From Candidatus Bathyarchaeia archaeon (GTDB taxonomy: Archaea; Thermoproteota; Bathyarchaeia; 40CM-2-53-6; DTGE01): a stretch of 64,000 nucleotides of DNA. Every line of letters begins with the position of its first letter. Position 1 is the first letter of the stretch. The translations under genes and the position numbers were made by a program. Location: the NCBI GenBank assembly GCA_038852285.1, contig JAWCKG010000005.1, positions 16,812-80,811 on the forward strand, in the 5' to 3' direction. Below the pieces are notes generated by a model. The model searched no databases. It saw only the letters and a program-made list of their open reading frames with translations, and had not been told where the DNA came from. Shown piece by piece: positions 20,518 to 31,151 of the stretch.

Positions 20518-21045
20518 ATGAAGATTATCGATCTCTCTGTGCCCGTTACCCCTAGGCTGGAGGTGCCAAGCTATAAAGGAGTTAAACTCTTTGAGTGGCG
20601 GACACCTTACGCGACTTGGGATAAAGACGGATACATCTCCACCAAGTTCACGGCGTGGTCTCATGTAGGCACTCACGCGGATTCGCCCCACCACTTCGTT
20701 AAAGATGGACAAAGCATAGATCAGATACCTCTAGAAGTTTTCGTCGGCGACGCCATCATGTTAGATTTAACTCAAAAAACCCATGGAAGAATAACGGCCT
20801 CGGAGCTGGAGGAAGCTTTCAGAAGGGTTGAGTCCAAAGGCGTAAAGTATAGGCCAGGATGGAAGATGCTTCTACGAACCGACCACATAAAAGTATGGCC
20901 TAACACCGAGTACTGGACTGAAGGACCCTCTCTAAGCAGGGAGGCAGCGGAGTGGATCGTCTCCAAGAAACCTTCATGCGCCGGATTCGACTTCTTCCAA
21001 GACATCAAAGGACCTAAGGAAAAGGCCTCCCACCACACAAGATAA
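20518..21045 (+). CDS. Cyclase-family protein (kynurenine formamidase-like)
   Basis: HVGTHADSPHHF metal-binding motif. Somewhat short (175 aa), so possibly C-terminally truncated. Confidence 0.6.
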   Translation: MKIIDLSVPVTPRLEVPSYKGVKLFEWRTPYATWDKDGYISTKFTAWSHVGTHADSPHHFVKDGQSIDQIPLEVFVGDAIMLDLTQKTHGRITASELEEAFRRVESKGVKYRPGWKMLLRTDHIKVWPNTEYWTEGPSLSREAAEWIVSKKPSCAGFDFFQDIKGPKEKASHHTR

Positions 21046-21606
21046 TTCTAGGAGCGGACATCTGCCAACTAGAATACTTAACAAACCTTGACCAAATAAA
21101 AAAGACCAGTTTACGCTCGTCGCCTTACCATTAAAGATCACGGGAGCGAAGCCGCATTAGCTCGCGTAATAGCCATTATAGATTAGAATAACGCCCTTAA
21201 CTGAGAATGTTGTTGCCCCGTATGTGCGGTTTTCAGGCTGTGTTAGCGGCCTTTTTGACGCTACTAGGGCAGGTGGAAATGTGTAGCTAAGCCCTAAAAG
21301 ATTGCAACTCGACGAAAAGACTTAACCAGCCAAGGCTTATAGCAGATGCATTCATAAAGCATCAACCAACATAAGCCAACCAGCCACAAAACTCAGTTAA
21401 GAGCGTGATTATAAGGAAGATGATGGGTAGCATAGGTTTAAGAGATTTTCCTTGATCCTTCCCGCCTCCGTTACATACGAATGTATTACTTTTTGCTTCT
21501 AAGGGCTGGGGTAAGGCTACCCTATTTTCATCTTGGCGGGCTATATGACTTATTGTTTAAACCTTTACTTATAAAATTATTAATTTTTAAAATATTAGAT
21601 AGTTGC

Positions 21607-22692
21607 CTAGCGTTTTATCCTCGCTGTTCCGCCCGCCGCCACGTATTTAACCTCCTCTAATGTTACTTGGGAGGTGTCTCCTCTAGTTGATTGAAGAAGG
21701 GCCCCATGCGCTGCTCCGAACTCGACAGTTTCCCGAGGCGTTAAACCTCTAAGAAAACCGTAGATTAATCCACTGGTGAACCCGTCTCCTCCCCCTACTC
21801 TATCCTCTATTTCCAAGTTTTCATACCGCCTAGACTCATAGAATTCCCGGCCATAGTATAAGATAGCGCTCCAATTGTTCAGTAAACCCGATACAACCTC
21901 TCTTAGGGTTGTTCCTATCACTTGGACGTGGGGGTATGTTTGGACGACTTCACTAACCATTCTCTTGTAGCTTTCCACTTCAAGCTTACGGTATGCCTCA
22001 TCGACGCCTTTCACCTTAAAGCCTAGAACCTTCTCGAAGTCCTCTTCGTTTCCGATCAAAACATCGACGTACTCTACTAGTCCCTTAGTGGTTTTCTGCG
22101 CTTGCTCGCTGGACCAAAGTTTGGATCTGAAGTTTAGGTCGTAGCTTGTGACGACACCGGCTTTATGAGCTTCCTCTAAGGCTTCCTTCGCGACTTCAGC
22201 GCATGTTTCGGAGAGGGCTGTGAAAATCCCTCCTGTGTGGAACCATCTCACCCCATCGGAAAAAATTTTTTTCCAGTTCACTTCCCCAGGCTTCATGTGG
22301 GATGCGGCGCTGTGACCCCTATCATAGAGAGTTACGCTTGCCCTAACACCTGTGCCCACCTCAGTAAAGTTCAGTCCAATGCGATCCCTTTTCCCGACTC
22401 CATCGTAAGGTACCCAAACAACGTTGGACACATCCACCCCGGCGGCTCTCGCGTGGTTCCTTATCAAATATCCTAACGGGTTTTCCACCAGCCGACCTAC
22501 CCAGCCAGTTCTTAACCCAAGCCTAGACCCCGCGTACGCCACGTTATACTCCCCTCCTCCAACCCAAACCTCCAGCGTAGAAGCGAACTCCAGCCTCCCA
22601 TGGCCGGGCGGTGACAGCCTTATCATGCACTCGCCTAGGGTGAGCAAGTCTAACCTGCATTCTTCTTCTCCCTTAATCTTCAAACTACTCAT
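21607..22692 (-). CDS. PfkB/ribokinase-family sugar kinase
   Basis: Ribokinase-like fold motifs, including a C-terminal GAGD-type anion-hole region (VGGGDGFTSGL). Confidence 0.75.
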   Translation of the reverse strand: MSSLKIKGEEECRLDLLTLGECMIRLSPPGHGRLEFASTLEVWVGGGEYNVAYAGSRLGLRTGWVGRLVENPLGYLIRNHARAAGVDVSNVVWVPYDGVGKRDRIGLNFTEVGTGVRASVTLYDRGHSAASHMKPGEVNWKKIFSDGVRWFHTGGIFTALSETCAEVAKEALEEAHKAGVVTSYDLNFRSKLWSSEQAQKTTKGLVEYVDVLIGNEEDFEKVLGFKVKGVDEAYRKLEVESYKRMVSEVVQTYPHVQVIGTTLREVVSGLLNNWSAILYYGREFYESRRYENLEIEDRVGGGDGFTSGLIYGFLRGLTPRETVEFGAAHGALLQSTRGDTSQVTLEEVKYVAAGGTARIKR

Positions 22693-22854
22693 ATCGATTT
22701 TACCTCCATCCCCTCCATAACATCACAACGGTTTATGATGAATGCAGTTGTTGAAGAATAACTTTTCTCCCTAATCTCTAAGGGATGCTGTTAAGACAAG
22801 CCGGCTTCCAGCTAAGCCCTTATTTTCATCAGCACCCTTTCTTATTTGACTCTT

Positions 22855-23949
22855 TCATGGGATCAAGGCGGCTTTTCCTACTTCCCGTTTCTCCATCGCG
22901 TTAATAGCTTTGTTTACTTCTTCAAGTTTGAACTTATTGGAGATGATCTTATCGAAGGGATACTTGTCGACATGGCGTTCCAGGAACCTTAACGCTTTGA
23001 GCAGGTTTACGTGACGCACGGCCGCCGCCTTCCCACCGTACAGCTTCATTCTCTTTAACGTGATTCGAGTTGGGTTTATGGACACTGACCCGGCTTCCGA
23101 GGCGGTTCCGATCAGCAAGTATCGGCTGGGATCCCTACCCATCTCTAAGCCTTCAGCTATAACCGATGGGGATCCAGTGCACTCCAATATGAGGTCTGGT
23201 CCGAACCCATCGGTTAACTCCTTAACCCTCTTCACCCTTTCCTCAGGCGTTCCATACTCTTTCAAGTCTATGATGTGATCTGCTCCGAATTCTAAGGCTT
23301 GCCTTATCCTGAAGTCCGATTGCTCGACGACGATCACCTTGTAGGCGCCCATCTCCTTGGCTAACGCGACGCCGTATAGGCCGAGGGCCCCCGCGCCCTG
23401 AATCAACACGTTGTCGGCGATATTGACTTTCACGGTTTCCAAGCCCTCGATCATGGTAATCAACGCGCACGTGGCAGGCGACACCACCTCATCGGAAAGC
23501 GTGTCCGGAACCTTAAAAATCGGCGTTCCAGGGCTTAAATAGATGTATTCAGCGTAGGTTCCGTTCAAATGAGGAGGATCCCTGCACGAAGCGTATCCAT
23601 AGTATTTTCTGTTTAGACATCCCTGAGGGTCCTGTCTCACCACACAGTAATAGCATTTCCCACAGGCGATTACATGGCTGAATATGACACGGTCCCCCTC
23701 CGTTAGGGGGTTGCCAGCAGCGTCGGAGGTTAACCCCTCTCCCAGCCTGTAAACTCGCCCAACGCCTTCATGCCCCAATATCGAAGGATAGGATACCGCT
23801 CTCCTCCCCCGGTAGATGTGAAGATCTGTGCCGCATACGCTAGCCATCTCCACACTAAGCAAAACCGCTCCCCTCTCAACCTCTGGCATAGGGAAGGTTC
23901 GGATTTCAAATGGTTTTTCAGGACCCGTTAAAACCGCAGCCTTAACCAT
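22855..23949 (-). CDS. Zinc-dependent alcohol dehydrogenase (MDR family)
   Basis: CGTDLH and GHEGVG catalytic-zinc motifs, structural zinc Cys cluster, Rossmann GAGALG. Confidence 0.85.
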   Translation of the reverse strand: MVKAAVLTGPEKPFEIRTFPMPEVERGAVLLSVEMASVCGTDLHIYRGRRAVSYPSILGHEGVGRVYRLGEGLTSDAAGNPLTEGDRVIFSHVIACGKCYYCVVRQDPQGCLNRKYYGYASCRDPPHLNGTYAEYIYLSPGTPIFKVPDTLSDEVVSPATCALITMIEGLETVKVNIADNVLIQGAGALGLYGVALAKEMGAYKVIVVEQSDFRIRQALEFGADHIIDLKEYGTPEERVKRVKELTDGFGPDLILECTGSPSVIAEGLEMGRDPSRYLLIGTASEAGSVSINPTRITLKRMKLYGGKAAAVRHVNLLKALRFLERHVDKYPFDKIISNKFKLEEVNKAINAMEKREVGKAALIP

Positions 23950-24064
23950 TCAATCAACCTCCCTAGAATACCTAAAACCCCACGTATTTAATTCTAATCT
24001 TTAGGAGGCGGGGCCATTACAAACCTTATATGGGTTAAATCAGTAGATAAGGAGGTGATCTCCT

Positions 24065-25417
24065 ATGAAGACTGTGAAAATATTGAAGACGCCTCCTGGG
24101 GTCTTGGCCAAGCAGGTCATCGATAAGGTGAAAAAGTTTGAAATGCCGATCACGGGGGTGATGTTCCACGCTGAGTCCGATTGGCCCATTGTCTTTGCCG
24201 AGGGTAAAGGCGCGGTCCTAGTAGATTTAGAAGGAAACGAGTACATAGACTTTAACGGCGGGTTTGGAAGCGCCTCCACAGGGTATTGCCACCCAAAGGT
24301 GGTTCAGCGCGTTAAGGAGCAGGTTGAGAAGCTCACAATGGCTGGGGGGAGGCTTCTCCACCCGGTTAGGGCTGAGCTCGCCGAGAGGATCGCGCGGATT
24401 TCGCCGGGGGGGTTGGAGAAAAAGGTGTTGATCGCGAACACGGGAACTGAGGCGGTGGAGATCGCCATCAAGCTTTCCCACGCCTCTTCTGGGAAGCCTG
24501 AAATCATCGCCTTCCAAGGCGGCTTCCACGGCCGTTTCCACGGGGCCATGGCTTTATCCAGCAATCGAACGGTGAAGAAAGGATACTATCCATGGATGCC
24601 TGGTGTGATTCACGTACCATACGCCGAATGCTTTAGATGCGTGTTCGGAAAGGAATATCCAGAGTGCGACCTTCAATGCCTCAAATACGTTGAGCACGTG
24701 ATCTCGGATCCAGGCTCAGGGGCCTCCGACATCGCGGCGGTGTTCGCGGAGCCCATTCAAGGCTTCGAAGGCTTCGCTGTCGTTCCCCCCGACGAGTTCA
24801 TGGCTACGCTGAGAAAGATCTGCGACGAAAACAACGTGCTCCTCGTAGCCGACGAAGTATACACGGGCTTCGGCAGAACAGGGAAATGGTTCGCCTGCCA
24901 GCATCAAAACGTGGTGCCCGACATCATTACTAGCGGGAAGGGCGCCGCCAGCGGACTGCCCTTCAGCTGCGTCATCGCGCTCGACCACGTCGTCGAAAGG
25001 CTGAACCAGAAGGGCGTGGTCCACAGCGCCACATTCTTAGCCAACCCCATCAGCTGCGCCGCTGCCATCGGAACCTTAAACGCCATAGAGGAGGAAAAAC
25101 TGCTGGAACACTGCGTCAAGGCAGGCGACACTTTGCTGAAGGGCTTAAAAGACTGGTTTGAGGATAATGGGTTTAAGGGTGAAGTCAGGGGAAGAGGCCT
25201 GTTCCTAGGAGTGGAGTTCGTTGAAAACCTCAAGACCAAAAAGCCTGACAGAGAGCTGCCCGCCAAAATCTCAAAGGAATCCATCAAACGAGGCCTATTC
25301 GTCGAAGTGGGTGGCCGGTACCGAAATTGTCTAAGAATCACCCCACCCCTTGTCATAACGATGGATCAAATCCATGAATCTCTAGAAATACTGGAGGAAG
25401 CGGCGAAAACCACCTAA
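24065..25417 (+). CDS. Class III (omega) aminotransferase, PLP-dependent
   Basis: 450 aa with ...LVADEVYTGFGRTG... and a TSGKG lysine region characteristic of AT-III. Confidence 0.85.
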   Translation: MKTVKILKTPPGVLAKQVIDKVKKFEMPITGVMFHAESDWPIVFAEGKGAVLVDLEGNEYIDFNGGFGSASTGYCHPKVVQRVKEQVEKLTMAGGRLLHPVRAELAERIARISPGGLEKKVLIANTGTEAVEIAIKLSHASSGKPEIIAFQGGFHGRFHGAMALSSNRTVKKGYYPWMPGVIHVPYAECFRCVFGKEYPECDLQCLKYVEHVISDPGSGASDIAAVFAEPIQGFEGFAVVPPDEFMATLRKICDENNVLLVADEVYTGFGRTGKWFACQHQNVVPDIITSGKGAASGLPFSCVIALDHVVERLNQKGVVHSATFLANPISCAAAIGTLNAIEEEKLLEHCVKAGDTLLKGLKDWFEDNGFKGEVRGRGLFLGVEFVENLKTKKPDRELPAKISKESIKRGLFVEVGGRYRNCLRITPPLVITMDQIHESLEILEEAAKTT

Positions 25418-25446
25418 CTCAACCCTGAGGGCCTTAACCTGAGCTT

Positions 25447-26490
25447 TCACAACACTTCTGGGATTACATGCTCCACGTATAAACGCAGGTTTAGCTCCAT
25501 TTTTTCCGGAGGCACTGTAAAAGCGAAGATAAAATGCCGGACCCCTGCTTCAACGTACTCTCTTACGCGTTTAAGGCAGTCGCTTGGCGTCCCGAATATG
25601 AAACTCTTATTCACCGGCTCGATGGGCAGAGCTCTCGCCGTGTTTAATAGCTCCTGAACTGCTTCGTCATCGTATACCTTTTTAAGGAGGTGGAATTCCG
25701 ACACGTTAAACCCATAGTCTTCAAATACTTCAGGCGTCCAGTACAGGAGGAGGGTTTTAGCCGGCAGCTCGATCATCTCCCTAGCTTTCTCTCTATCCTC
25801 ATCGACGACTGTGTGAACGAACAGCGCGGGCTCTATATCCCCCTCAGATCTCCCACTAGTTTGAGCGTAAGATTGAATCATATCTAACTTTTCCCTGTAT
25901 TGTTTTGGAGGGAAAGCGAACGCTATTGGAATCCAACCGTCAGCCTCAACTCCTGTTATTTTCATCGAGTTGGGTGAGGCGGCCGCCACCCAAATCGGAG
26001 GATGCGGACTCTTAATAGGCTTCGGCCTCAAATATGCTTTTTCAAGCCGATAAAAACGCCCCTTGTAGGTTATTGGATTCCCCGTCCATAAAGCCTTCAT
26101 TATCTGTATTGCTTCCTTCAATCTAGCGATTGGATGATCCCATGAGATTCCGTAAGGCTCTAAGTTGGTGGCTTCGCCGGCTCCAAGGCCAAGTATCGCG
26201 CGACCTCCGCTTAAGTGGTCTAGAGTCGTCACGGCCTGAGCCAACACCGCTGGATGCAACCTATGGGGGTCGCTTACCGCCGTTCCCAACGTCACCTTAC
26301 GCGTTTCAGAGGCAAGGGCGCTCAATACCCCCCAAGTGAAATAAGCCCCCCAGGGCTTCACACCTAAGTCAACCAGGTGATCAACCATCCAAATAGAGCT
26401 TAAACCTAAATCCTCAGCCAGCTTAGCCATCCTAAAAGTCGCTTCTAAGGGATGGTCTGGAATTTTAATTCCAAACTTTACCTCGCTCAT
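25447..26490 (-). CDS. Luciferase-like (LLM) flavin/F420-dependent oxidoreductase
   Basis: LLM TIM-barrel motifs (SIWMVDHL, LGLGAGE) in 347 aa. Confidence 0.75.
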   Translation of the reverse strand: MSEVKFGIKIPDHPLEATFRMAKLAEDLGLSSIWMVDHLVDLGVKPWGAYFTWGVLSALASETRKVTLGTAVSDPHRLHPAVLAQAVTTLDHLSGGRAILGLGAGEATNLEPYGISWDHPIARLKEAIQIMKALWTGNPITYKGRFYRLEKAYLRPKPIKSPHPPIWVAAASPNSMKITGVEADGWIPIAFAFPPKQYREKLDMIQSYAQTSGRSEGDIEPALFVHTVVDEDREKAREMIELPAKTLLLYWTPEVFEDYGFNVSEFHLLKKVYDDEAVQELLNTARALPIEPVNKSFIFGTPSDCLKRVREYVEAGVRHFIFAFTVPPEKMELNLRLYVEHVIPEVL

Positions 26491-26613
26491 TCAACTCACT
26501 CCTCCTGCTTTAGACCATGCTCATAAAAAATATATTTCATTAAAAAGTTATTCAAGCTCACCTAATCTACTGGGGAGAGGTGGCTTACAATCGAATCCTT
26601 TAACACCGATGTA

Positions 26614-28305
26614 TTGGTTATAGGTGGAGGAGGTGCCGCGGCGAGGGCTGCGTTGGCCGCCCGGGAGCGGGGATCCGAGGTCGCGGTGCTAGTGAAAGGC
26701 CGACTCGGTGGAAGCGGGTGCACACCATACGCGGCATCGGAGTGGCTAGCGTTTGGGGCGGCCTTAGGCCACGCGGATCCCAGGGATAGCCCTGAGCAAC
26801 ATTATAAGGACATACTGGAGAAGGGCGCTTACGTGTGCGACCCTAGGCTCGCTAGGATATTGGCCTATGAATCCCCTGAAAGATTGCTCGACTTAGAAAG
26901 CAGGGGAGTTAGGTTCGATAAAACACCTGATGGCAGATTTGTACAGCGGATGTCGGATGGAGCCACCTACCCTAGAGCGTGCGCGAAGGGAGCTGAAACC
27001 GGACGGGAAATCATGAGGGTGCTTTCAAACCAAGTTAAGGAGCTGGGATGCGACGTGTATGAAAATACGATGGCCGTAGACCTAATATCTGTCCGCGATG
27101 CCGTATACGGGGTCATCGCATTAGACATGGAATTGCGTGAATACGAGGTTTTCTGGGCGAAGGCGGTGGTCATGGCCACCGGGGGGGCTGGATCCCTGTT
27201 CAAGCACAACGTCTTCCCTGAGGGGATGACGGGCGACGGCTACGCCATGGCTTACAATGCTGGAGCTGAGCTTGTGAACATGGAGTTCATTCAAATAGGC
27301 CCCGCAATCCTGCGTCCCACGAAATTCGATGTAGGAGGCGTGTTGTGGAGGCTGGGCCCCCGGTTGTACAACAGGCTTGGAGAAGAGTATCTGCGGAAAT
27401 ATCTTCCAGTAGGCGTTACGGTGGAGGAGGTGTACGCCCTGAAAAGCGTGAGCTTTCCCTTCTCCACTAGAAACAACTCCATGTACATTGACATCGCGAA
27501 CTTCACGGAGATCGTGGAGGGTAGAGGAAGTGAAAGCGGCTGCATTTACTTCGACCTAACCCATGTGGATCCAGCTCGAGTCGAGGAGGAAGCTGGGGTT
27601 CCATTCAACTGGCTGAGGAGCTTCGGAGTCGACTTAACGAAAAGCCCTGTGGAAATCGCCCCCGCCGTCCAGCATTTCAACGGCGGCGTACACGTCGGGG
27701 AATGGGGTGAAACAAACTTGAGGGGCCTCTTCGCGGCGGGTGAATGCCAGGGTGGACAGCATGGGGCGGATCGGCCGGGTGGAGACGCCCTAGCCAACTG
27801 TCAGGTCTTTGGGTTTAGGGCCGGTCACATGGCTTCGAAAATGGCTGAAAAAACATCGCTTAGAAAGGCTTCTCATCGTAGGGTTAAGAATCTAATTGAG
27901 AAGCTGCCGAAGCCCATCGACTCCCAGGTGGCTTCCAGGGTGATTAAAGAGATCCAGGAATCCATGTGGAGAAACGTAACCGTGGTGAGGACTGAGAATG
28001 GCCTGCAGGAGGCTTTAAGAACGTTAAGCCGACTGGAGGCTGAGGCGGCGGAGGGACAGAGAGGGGATGGAGACGTCGTTAAATCCTTGGAGATTAGAAA
28101 CATGATCGCGGTTGGTAAGCTGGTTTCCACCGCGGCCATGACCCGCAAGGAGAGCAGGGGCACTCATTATAGAAGGGATTACCCCCAGAAGGGGGGCGAT
28201 GAGTGGTTAAGGTTCGTATGTTTAAAGCGTGTCGATGATCAGGTAACCGCGACGCTTAAGGACGTTGAAACCGGTGAATCTTTAAATGGAGACGCTCCTC
28301 CTTAA
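26614..28305 (+). CDS. FrdA/SdhA/NadB-family FAD flavoprotein, apparent TTG start
   Basis: N-terminal VIGGGGAAARAA dinucleotide fold, the active-site ESRGTHYRRDYP motif, and a C-terminal helical domain. No Fe-S partner gene is adjacent. Confidence 0.8.
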   Translation: MVIGGGGAAARAALAARERGSEVAVLVKGRLGGSGCTPYAASEWLAFGAALGHADPRDSPEQHYKDILEKGAYVCDPRLARILAYESPERLLDLESRGVRFDKTPDGRFVQRMSDGATYPRACAKGAETGREIMRVLSNQVKELGCDVYENTMAVDLISVRDAVYGVIALDMELREYEVFWAKAVVMATGGAGSLFKHNVFPEGMTGDGYAMAYNAGAELVNMEFIQIGPAILRPTKFDVGGVLWRLGPRLYNRLGEEYLRKYLPVGVTVEEVYALKSVSFPFSTRNNSMYIDIANFTEIVEGRGSESGCIYFDLTHVDPARVEEEAGVPFNWLRSFGVDLTKSPVEIAPAVQHFNGGVHVGEWGETNLRGLFAAGECQGGQHGADRPGGDALANCQVFGFRAGHMASKMAEKTSLRKASHRRVKNLIEKLPKPIDSQVASRVIKEIQESMWRNVTVVRTENGLQEALRTLSRLEAEAAEGQRGDGDVVKSLEIRNMIAVGKLVSTAAMTRKESRGTHYRRDYPQKGGDEWLRFVCLKRVDDQVTATLKDVETGESLNGDAPP

Positions 28306-29775
28306 CCTTCCATCGGCGCTGTAGAGGTTAACCTCGACCTTTCCACCTCCAAGGATGTGAGACGCGCATGCCATGCATGGATCGTATGCCCTCATGACCA
28401 CTTCGATTCTGTTCAAGGAGGCTTCATCCACGGCGCCGCCGCGAAGGATTTTCCCCGCGGCTTTCCTGATTGATATGTTAATGGCGGGGTTGTTGCATGT
28501 GGTGGGTGGTATGAAGTTGGCGGCTTCCACCCTCGCGTCCTCAGTGGGCTTATACCAATGTAACAAAAGCCCTCTAGCAGCCTCCACGACCCCGAAGCCT
28601 TCCTTTAAAGTCGACTCCTGGGGAATATTCCTTACATTCTCATCGGTGATCTCCTCGTCTAAGCTGAGCTCAAGAACCCTTTCAGAAGCGTATAACAGCT
28701 CGATCAGCCTCGCCCAGTGGTAGGCGAAGATGTTGTTGATGGGCTTGCGTTTAAAGGTTTCAACCATCCTCTCGTATTCCCGCTGGGCCTTAGAGGTGGC
28801 CATACCTTTAGCCACGTTTAACCTGGCAAGGGGGCCAACTCTGAAAACACCGTTTTCAGGAGCCTCCGTCAAACCACGCCAACCCACTCGTCTGAGGTAA
28901 GGAAACTTCACGTACGTCCACTCCATTATCTCCTCCGCGACGTGATCAAAGTATTCCTCCGGCCTTATCTTCGCGTACGTCGACCCGTCAGGAGCCGTGA
29001 TCTTAATATCCCCATCATACAGGTTCACATGGCCTTCCCGGTCCACGAGGCCCGCGTCGTAGCTGGTGAGCGCGAAGTCCTCATCTACAAGTAGACCTCT
29101 ATGGTCAGCGTTCTTTAACACCTCTTCATCGTAGAGTTGGAGGGTAAACTCGGCGAACTCCACGCATGACCGAGCCATCTTCTCTATCTCCTTCCTCTCC
29201 TTCTCAGATATGGGTTTAGACAACCCTCCTGGAACTCCGGTGACTGGGTGAACGGCCTTCCCCCCAACGATCTCCACGATCCTCTGTCCGTAAGCCCTAT
29301 GCTCAATCACCTTGCGGCCAACACCCTCCCCATACTTTTTCAGAACTCCTAGAATGTTCCTTTCAGCAGGCTTCTCCCCCACTCCCACAAGGAAGTCTGG
29401 TCCGCTGAGAAAATAGAAGTTGAGGATGTGGTCGGCTATCATGTACCCGTTATGCATCATCTCCCTCAGCTTCGCCGCCGTTGGAGTGGGCTCCAATCCC
29501 AACAGGCTGTCCACCGCCTTCACCGAGGCTAAGTGATGAGCCGGGGAGCATACCCCGCAGATGTTGGAGGTGATCCTAGGCAGGTCCTCGATCAACCTGC
29601 CTACGCAGAATCGCTCGAAGCCCCTGAGCTCCGGAACCTGCAGATATGCGTTTTTAACCCCGCCCCTCTCATCCATGAAGATGTCGATTTTCCCATGCCC
29701 CTCAAGCCTAGTCACGGGATCAATGGTCAATCTGCCCTCCACTATAACCATAGTTTTACCGCCCGCCTCCTCCAA
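28282..29775 (-). CDS. mvhA: [NiFe]-hydrogenase large subunit (MvhA-type, F420-non-reducing)
   Basis: N-terminal RICGVCSPAHH and C-terminal DPCMACASH Ni-Fe ligand motifs. Confidence 0.85.
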   Translation of the reverse strand: MEEAGGKTMVIVEGRLTIDPVTRLEGHGKIDIFMDERGGVKNAYLQVPELRGFERFCVGRLIEDLPRITSNICGVCSPAHHLASVKAVDSLLGLEPTPTAAKLREMMHNGYMIADHILNFYFLSGPDFLVGVGEKPAERNILGVLKKYGEGVGRKVIEHRAYGQRIVEIVGGKAVHPVTGVPGGLSKPISEKERKEIEKMARSCVEFAEFTLQLYDEEVLKNADHRGLLVDEDFALTSYDAGLVDREGHVNLYDGDIKITAPDGSTYAKIRPEEYFDHVAEEIMEWTYVKFPYLRRVGWRGLTEAPENGVFRVGPLARLNVAKGMATSKAQREYERMVETFKRKPINNIFAYHWARLIELLYASERVLELSLDEEITDENVRNIPQESTLKEGFGVVEAARGLLLHWYKPTEDARVEAANFIPPTTCNNPAINISIRKAAGKILRGGAVDEASLNRIEVVMRAYDPCMACASHILGGGKVEVNLYSADGRLRRSVSI

Positions 29776-30721
29776 CCCTCACACCTCTACCGATCAGTGA
29801 GGATGAAAAACAGTATTTGTACAGAGCCCCCACCGGGTCCTTTAGGGCCTCTAATGCGCCTATGCTTATAGGTTCATCTGTGGTTAGGATGGATCCTAAG
29901 GCGCCGATCATCCTGGCTCCTTGATCTGAAACGTTAAGCCTCCCGCCGCAGCCCCCGCAGGGCACGTTCGCCTCAACGCATTTGGCTCCACAGCCCCCTC
30001 GTGTAGCGGGCCCCATGCACAGTAAGCCCTGCTCTAAGAAGCATTTCTCCGGGTCCAAGGCCCTCCGGTATAGTCGATTCATGGACTGGACGGTTTTGCT
30101 GACTCTCTCCCTTCGACACTCGTCGCATACACTTTTGTCGGATCCTATGTAGAACTTGGGCCCCTGCGCGTTTCCAGCTGTGAGTATTTGAAACAGCCTC
30201 AGTATCAACTTAACAGGTGGAGGACACCCTGAAACATAGTAGTCGACTTTAGCCACGCTCTCGATGGGTTTGTTCAGCTCCAAGATGTCCGGCAGGTATA
30301 GCTCACCCTCAGGGGCCTTAAACACTCTGCTCGGCTTGACGGCTTGAGGGTTTCCAGTAGTAGGCGTCTCTTCGTATACTGTTTTAAGCATGTCCTGTTT
30401 TGAGCCTAGGTTTGCTAAGCCTTGGGTGCCACCCTCACAGGCGCATGAGCCGAAGGCCACCAGTGTTCTGGCCTTCGACCTCAAAAGTTTGACGATGTGC
30501 TCGTTTTCTTCATTTCTTATAGACCCGTTAACGATGGCCACATCCAAGTTTGGTAGGCTTTCCAGATCCTTGTATTTTACATCCATGGCGACAGGCCAAA
30601 AGACGATGTCTATGTCCTTTAAAACCTCTAGCAAGGCTTCGTTTACATCCAATAGGCCTACGTCGCATCCCCCGCATCCAGCGGCCCAGTAAACCGCCAC
30701 CTTCAGCTTACTCAAGCTCAC
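29756..30721 (-). CDS. mvhG: [NiFe]-hydrogenase small subunit (MvhG-type)
   Basis: Proximal-cluster Cys motifs (GCGGC...GSC) and CxxC...CGxC distal motifs. Overlaps the mvhA start. Confidence 0.8.
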   Translation of the reverse strand: MSLSKLKVAVYWAAGCGGCDVGLLDVNEALLEVLKDIDIVFWPVAMDVKYKDLESLPNLDVAIVNGSIRNEENEHIVKLLRSKARTLVAFGSCACEGGTQGLANLGSKQDMLKTVYEETPTTGNPQAVKPSRVFKAPEGELYLPDILELNKPIESVAKVDYYVSGCPPPVKLILRLFQILTAGNAQGPKFYIGSDKSVCDECRRERVSKTVQSMNRLYRRALDPEKCFLEQGLLCMGPATRGGCGAKCVEANVPCGGCGGRLNVSDQGARMIGALGSILTTDEPISIGALEALKDPVGALYKYCFSSSLIGRGVRVGGGGR

Positions 30722-31148
30722 TCAACTCCGTAGAGGATTCCTTCAAGGGGTTTGGGCCAAGCCTCTTCAATTCCTCAACGAACTCCCTTACCTTCCTCGA
30801 GAACTCCTCTCCTTCAGAGGCGGATATCCACTCCAATCTAAGCCTTTCCGGCTCGACGCCGAGCTGTGTTAGGAGAAGCTTTAGGATTTGAACTCTGTTC
30901 CGAGCCTTCAGATTCCCGTTGACATAGTGGCAGTCGCTAGGGGGGTGGCAGCCACCTATGAATACGCCGTCGGCGCCTTTTTTGAGGGCCTCCAAGACGA
31001 ATTCAGGGTTTACTCGACCAGTGCACATAACTCTGACGATTTTCAGGTTCGGAGGGTACTGAAACTTGCTTGTACCAGCCATGTCCGCGCCTGCGTATGT
31101 GCACCAATTGCAGGCGAAACAAACTATGTTAGGTTCGAATTCGGACAT
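30708..31148 (-). CDS. mvhD: MvhD-like [2Fe-2S] electron-transfer subunit
   Basis: 146 aa with CFACNWC... Cys pairs. Positioned between hdrA and mvhG. Confidence 0.75.
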   Translation of the reverse strand: MSEFEPNIVCFACNWCTYAGADMAGTSKFQYPPNLKIVRVMCTGRVNPEFVLEALKKGADGVFIGGCHPPSDCHYVNGNLKARNRVQILKLLLTQLGVEPERLRLEWISASEGEEFSRKVREFVEELKRLGPNPLKESSTELSELE

Positions 31149-31151
31149 CGG

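Noticed and set aside
20416-20712. 98-aa minus ORF overlapping the cyclase gene start
   Set aside because: It overlaps the N-terminus of a motif-supported gene and has no recognisable features.
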